A stretch of 63,984 nucleotides of DNA, counting the filler, from Licmophora abbreviata (lineage: Eukaryota), in assembly GCA_900291995.1 (NCBI GenBank). It is 12 parts of 12 records of this genome, joined end to end, with 100 filler letters (N's around TTAATTAATTAA, not from the genome) between each part and the next. Parts side by side here need not be neighbours in the genome. Positions count along the whole stretch, not along the records: positions 59,960 to 62,822 come from OLMU01003717.1; positions 62,923 to 63,984 come from OLMU01003797.1; 10 more parts are not named here. One strand, 5' to 3'. Each line of letters opens with the position of its first letter. Within the stretch, counting starts at the first letter, position 1. Under the pieces are notes generated by a model. That model was not told the DNA's origin. It did no database searches and saw nothing but the letters and a program-made list of their open reading frames with translations. Positions 60,547-63,984 of the stretch are shown piece after piece. The position numbers and the translations under genes were made by a program.

Positions 60547-61380
60547 ATGAGCGACTCAAGGAGAACTGACCCTCCACTCAAGACTTCATCCAGCAATGAT
60601 AGCAGAGCGTCTGCTGTGCCGGCTGCCGGAGAGTCATCTGCGGACAGGAAGCAGAAGCAGACGAACAATGACGAACATCATACGGCAGATGAGAGTACGA
60701 GGACGGAAAGAAGAAATCCAAACGAGACTAGTAATTCAGTCGATCATGAGCCAGACGAAGAAGCCACCAAGAAAAGGGAACGAATCATGGCGAACCGCCG
60801 CTCGGCTCGAGCCAGTCGCGACCGGCGCAACAAGTGGATAGCAGAGCTTGAACAGACCGTCGACCGGCTCATGGCAGAGAACAGGGACTTGGAGACACAG
60901 AAAAGAATTCTAGTTCAGGAGACATTTTTTCTTCGGCAGGAGCTTGAAATGTGCCAGCGTTTATTGGGCACTAGTCTCCATACTAGTGGCCCTGGTCTCA
61001 CTGCATCTGGATTCAACGAGCCTGTGGACGTTCCTCTGGGACAGCTACCGCCCATGATGAGTTCTACGAGGCACTATCCGCCTCCTCCGCCATCACTGAG
61101 GCCTTCTTTTCCAACGATGCCACCAAGTACGGCTGTGACGACTCTTGGAAGAGGTGCTGTGGGCGACCGCATGCGTCACACTATGGGTCCGGCTGCTACA
61201 TCAACAGCTCTTGGCCCGCAGGGGTTTGGTATGCAACAGCAAGAACGTGCTCTTCTTGCAGCGGCGGCGGCGCGACAACAGCAGCAGCGGCGCCAGTATA
61301 CCCGTGAGGTAGCGTCACAAGAAGTCTCCAGGGGGCACGAGAGCAAGGGAGTGAATCAATCGGGTTCCGGTACTACGTAA
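60547..61380 (+). CDS. bZIP transcription factor
   Basis: KKRERIMANRRSARASRDRRNKWIAELEQTVDRLMAENRDLETQKRIL basic region plus leucine zipper; Pro/Gln-rich tail. Confidence 0.88.
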   Translation: MSDSRRTDPPLKTSSSNDSRASAVPAAGESSADRKQKQTNNDEHHTADESTRTERRNPNETSNSVDHEPDEEATKKRERIMANRRSARASRDRRNKWIAELEQTVDRLMAENRDLETQKRILVQETFFLRQELEMCQRLLGTSLHTSGPGLTASGFNEPVDVPLGQLPPMMSSTRHYPPPPPSLRPSFPTMPPSTAVTTLGRGAVGDRMRHTMGPAATSTALGPQGFGMQQQERALLAAAAARQQQQRRQYTREVASQEVSRGHESKGVNQSGSGTT

Positions 61381-61596
61381 GGATTGCAGACAACTAGCTC
61401 TGATTCGATGGAAACTCAACAAGAAGGGGTAAACTAGTAGAGGCGGCAAAGCAGTACCGGTAGCTACCCTGTAACATGGGACGGCTCTGATGCCAACGAG
61501 AACGATGTTGCAGTTGAGAGTAGCCGATGCTACCGTACTTCATTAATAAAACGTTGCAGTCTCGGGGGCAGATCCCAGGGACGTCAGAGCGACTTC

Positions 61597-62496
61597 TCAG
61601 TCCTCTGCCTCAGCATCATCTTCTTCTTGATCCGTTTGAAAGAACGTGTAGCTCAACGTAATGTTATTGACATGATTCAGCTGAGAATCTTTGACAAACT
61701 CTGGATCAATAAAAAAGAAAACCGGCATATCGACTGTCTCCCCTGGTAGCAAGCGTTGTTCTTCAAAACAAAAACACTGAATCTTCTGAAAGTACAATCC
61801 AGCCTTGGGCGGGTGAACATTGTATGTGGCGACACCCGTAATGGCCTTGTCGCTGTGGTTCGTGACAGTGAAGAAACTCAAGGCCGTTTCTCCTGGAACC
61901 ACTTTGACATCCAGCTGCGTTGGAACAAAGGTCCAGGGTAAGACATCCCCCACAGTCGAGTCGAATCGAACCGTCAAGAGTCGTCCATTCGCTAGCGGTT
62001 TCAAGGACGCCAGCTTCGCCGCTGCCTCTTCGTCCGTCCAAGTATGCACACGACCTGTATTTCGTATGGGTCCTGTCGTCGCAGGCGCGAATTGCTTCCA
62101 AAAATTCTGCAGCAGTCGTGGAATACCAATCGATTCTCGTTGCTCTTGGTCTGAGGCCCACTCTTCCAGACTCACTCGCTGCGTCGTTCCACCAAAGCCC
62201 GTCGCTTGACAGAAAATCTTGTACAAGGGAACTGACGCGTACGTCGCTCCGAGTGCACCTACCACGGCGGCGGCAGCGTACCAGGCCACTTGTATATTTC
62301 GGTCATGCACGGATTGTTGTTTGCCTCTAGAAGCAGTTGACCACCAGCTGCGGTTCTTCTTCGCGTAGTGCTCGTACGCCCGTCGTTGTGCATCGGAGGA
62401 GGGAGCGGAGAAACTACGCACAGTTGGTATTCGGCAGGTCGCAGCGAACGAGACGCCTCTGGCTCGTGTGCATGATCGAATTCGGGTAGAAATCAT
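61597..62496 (-). CDS. COX11: Cytochrome c oxidase assembly protein Cox11, mitochondrial
   Basis: YASVPLYKIFCQATGFGGT, VVPGETAL, GVATYNV, KIQCFCFEEQRL, DMPVFFFIDP; Arg/Ser-rich presequence. Confidence 0.95.
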   Translation of the reverse strand: MISTRIRSCTRARGVSFAATCRIPTVRSFSAPSSDAQRRAYEHYAKKNRSWWSTASRGKQQSVHDRNIQVAWYAAAAVVGALGATYASVPLYKIFCQATGFGGTTQRVSLEEWASDQEQRESIGIPRLLQNFWKQFAPATTGPIRNTGRVHTWTDEEAAAKLASLKPLANGRLLTVRFDSTVGDVLPWTFVPTQLDVKVVPGETALSFFTVTNHSDKAITGVATYNVHPPKAGLYFQKIQCFCFEEQRLLPGETVDMPVFFFIDPEFVKDSQLNHVNNITLSYTFFQTDQEEDDAEAED

Positions 62497-62922
62497 ACCG
62501 AGTCGCTACAACGGGAAGTCAATCAAGGGGAGAGAGCAGGGAGGGGGGTGGTGTGCCAAGATAACGACGACGGCGGAGACCTCTTTGTCATGGTCGTATG
62601 GTTTGGTTCTGTGACGAGTCGAGTCAGTCAGTCAGTCAGTCTGGTCGCGAGGAAAGAGGAAACGCTAAAGATGAGCAACATTCAAGTTCCGGATTCCGTT
62701 GGAGGCTGCTAGGACGGATGATGAAGGAGCATCCGCCCCCGTCTCAACAGATACCGGTACCGGTATGCCACACCACACGTCCTAGTCTGTGAGATATCCA
62801 TAATCTACTGTAGAAGGAATCGNNNNNNNNNNNNNNNNNNNNNNNNNNNNNNNNNNNNNNNNNNNNTTAATTAATTAANNNNNNNNNNNNNNNNNNNNNN
62901 NNNNNNNNNNNNNNNNNNNNNN

Positions 62923-63476
62923 ATCTGCCGGTGGATGCGCTGCCCATTCCGCAACTGATCGAGGTGATCGAGGAGGCCGAGGGCTTCGATGCGCAGGGTC
63001 TGCGGCTGCGGCTGTCTGCCGAGGTGCCGGGGGCCGTGCTGGACGATCACACGCGCTGGCGCGAGCCCTTGGTCAATGCGGCCAACCGGCTGCGGGTGCT
63101 GGGCGTGGTGTCGTTGCTGCTGATCGGGGCGACGACAGCGGCGATGATCACGCTGGCGGCGAATGCGGCGCTTGCGGCCAATGCGCAGGTGATCGGGGTT
63201 CTGCGCCTTGTGGGGGCGCAGGATGGCTATATCGTGCGAGCCTTCGTGCGACGGTTCACCTTGCGGGCGCTGGTCGGTGCCGCTGTCGGGATGGCTTTGG
63301 GATGTCTGGCGATCCTGGCGCTGCCTGCGGCGCAGGATGAGGGCGGGTTTCTGACCGGGCTTGGCTTTCGCGGGTGGCATTGGGTCTGGCCGCTGGCGGT
63401 GCCGCTTCTGGCGGCGGCGGTCGCGTTTTGGGCCACGAAAACGGCGGCCCGCAAGACCCTGAGGAGCCTGCCATGA
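62923..63476 (+). CDS. ftsX: Bacterial cell-division ABC permease FtsX (5'-partial), alphaproteobacterial type
   Basis: LPIPQLIEV, LDDHTRW, VLRLVGAQDGYIVRAFVRRF; GC-rich, intronless; stop overlaps next start (ATGA). Confidence 0.85.
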
Positions 63477-63984
63477 GCGCGGCTGTGCAATGGCTCCGGT
63501 CGCTGGTCTTCGTGGGGCAGATTTATCTGATGATGGCGGTCATGGGGATCGTGTTCCTGCCTTGGGCGCTGGTCAGCAGGCACGGGGCGCTTGCGGCTTG
63601 TCACATGTGGTGCCGATGGGTGCGCTGGACGGCACGCTGGATGGTGGGGCTGCGCACCGAGGTGCGCGGCACGCCGCCCACCGACGAGGTGGTGATCGCC
63701 GCCAAGCACCAGTCCTTTCTGGACATCATCCTGATTTTCGGGGCGGTGCCTGCCGGAAAGTTCATCATGAAACGCGAATTGATGTGGGCGCCGGTGATCG
63801 GGCAATACGGGCTGAAGATCGGCTGCGTTCCGGTTGACCGGGGCAAGCGCAGTCAGGCGATCAAGCAGATGGTCGCCGACGTGGCGCGCGGCCGGCAGGA
63901 TCCCGGACAGCTGATCATCTATCCGCAGGGCACACGCATCGCGCCGGGCGTGAAGGCGCCTTACAAGGTCGGAACCGGCGTGCT
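63473..63984 (+). CDS. plsC: Bacterial 1-acyl-sn-glycerol-3-phosphate acyltransferase (3'-partial; not in ORF track)
   Basis: ATG 63473 MSAAVQWLRSLVF...AAKHQSFLD (HX4D)...FIMKRELMWAP...VPVDRG...IIYPQGTR; open to window end. Confidence 0.9.
   Translation, partial: MSAAVQWLRSLVFVGQIYLMMAVMGIVFLPWALVSRHGALAACHMWCRWVRWTARWMVGLRTEVRGTPPTDEVVIAAKHQSFLDIILIFGAVPAGKFIMKRELMWAPVIGQYGLKIGCVPVDRGKRSQAIKQMVADVARGRQDPGQLIIYPQGTRIAPGVKAPYKVGTGV

Noticed and set aside
62616..62642. (CAGT)n tract upstream of COX11, and GACT/GATT-like repeats near 46390-46475
   Set aside because: Short low-complexity promoter-region microsatellites; no spacer structure or evidence of function.
7781..62922. Recurring TTAATTAATTAA palindrome between N runs as a biological repeat or CRISPR-like array
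   Set aside because: Fixed 44+12+44 design with multi-frame stops: an assembly/concatenation linker.
63490..63837. 115-aa + strand ORF from the track
   Set aside because: Wrong frame; the real CDS is plsC from 63473, open to the window end.
62923..63984. Horizontal transfer of ftsX-plsC into the alga
   Set aside because: No contiguous host sequence; separated by an artificial spacer; no introns or amelioration.
1..63984. tRNA, rRNA, CRISPR arrays, telomeric repeats, LTRs
   Set aside because: None recognised by eye; tRNAscan-SE and Infernal were not run, so small RNAs cannot be excluded.

Overview
Eukaryotic nuclear DNA, most likely from a diatom (probably pennate). Evidence: compact genes, short GT-AG introns (mostly 73-114 nt, many with GTAAGT/GTGAGT donors), a DUF6824 protein, signal peptides with ASAFAP-like or RGG motifs, and RxL-motif secreted proteins. 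The window is 12 contigs joined by artificial 100-nt spacers (N44-TTAATTAATTAA-N44). Some neighbouring contigs really overlap, one ends in an Ion Torrent trP1 adapter, and the last (62923-63984) is an alphaproteobacterial ftsX-plsC fragment. I rebuilt the spliced gene models by hand and checked them for frame. They include an H15-DDT-WHIM-WSD-PWWP chromatin protein, a split alpha-carbonic-anhydrase-like secreted protein, an inositol 5-phosphatase, a double-NmrA protein, a myosin, FadE-type acyl-CoA dehydrogenase, pyruvate carboxylase, a bZIP factor, COX11, silaffin-like secreted proteins and a decayed DDE transposase. The best candidate for an undescribed system is a pair of nearby STT3 paralogs with kinetoplastid single-subunit-OST-type motifs, each fused to a C-terminal ankyrin module, flanking a degenerate glycosyltransferase-like gene. 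All domain calls come from motif recognition by eye; no database search was run.
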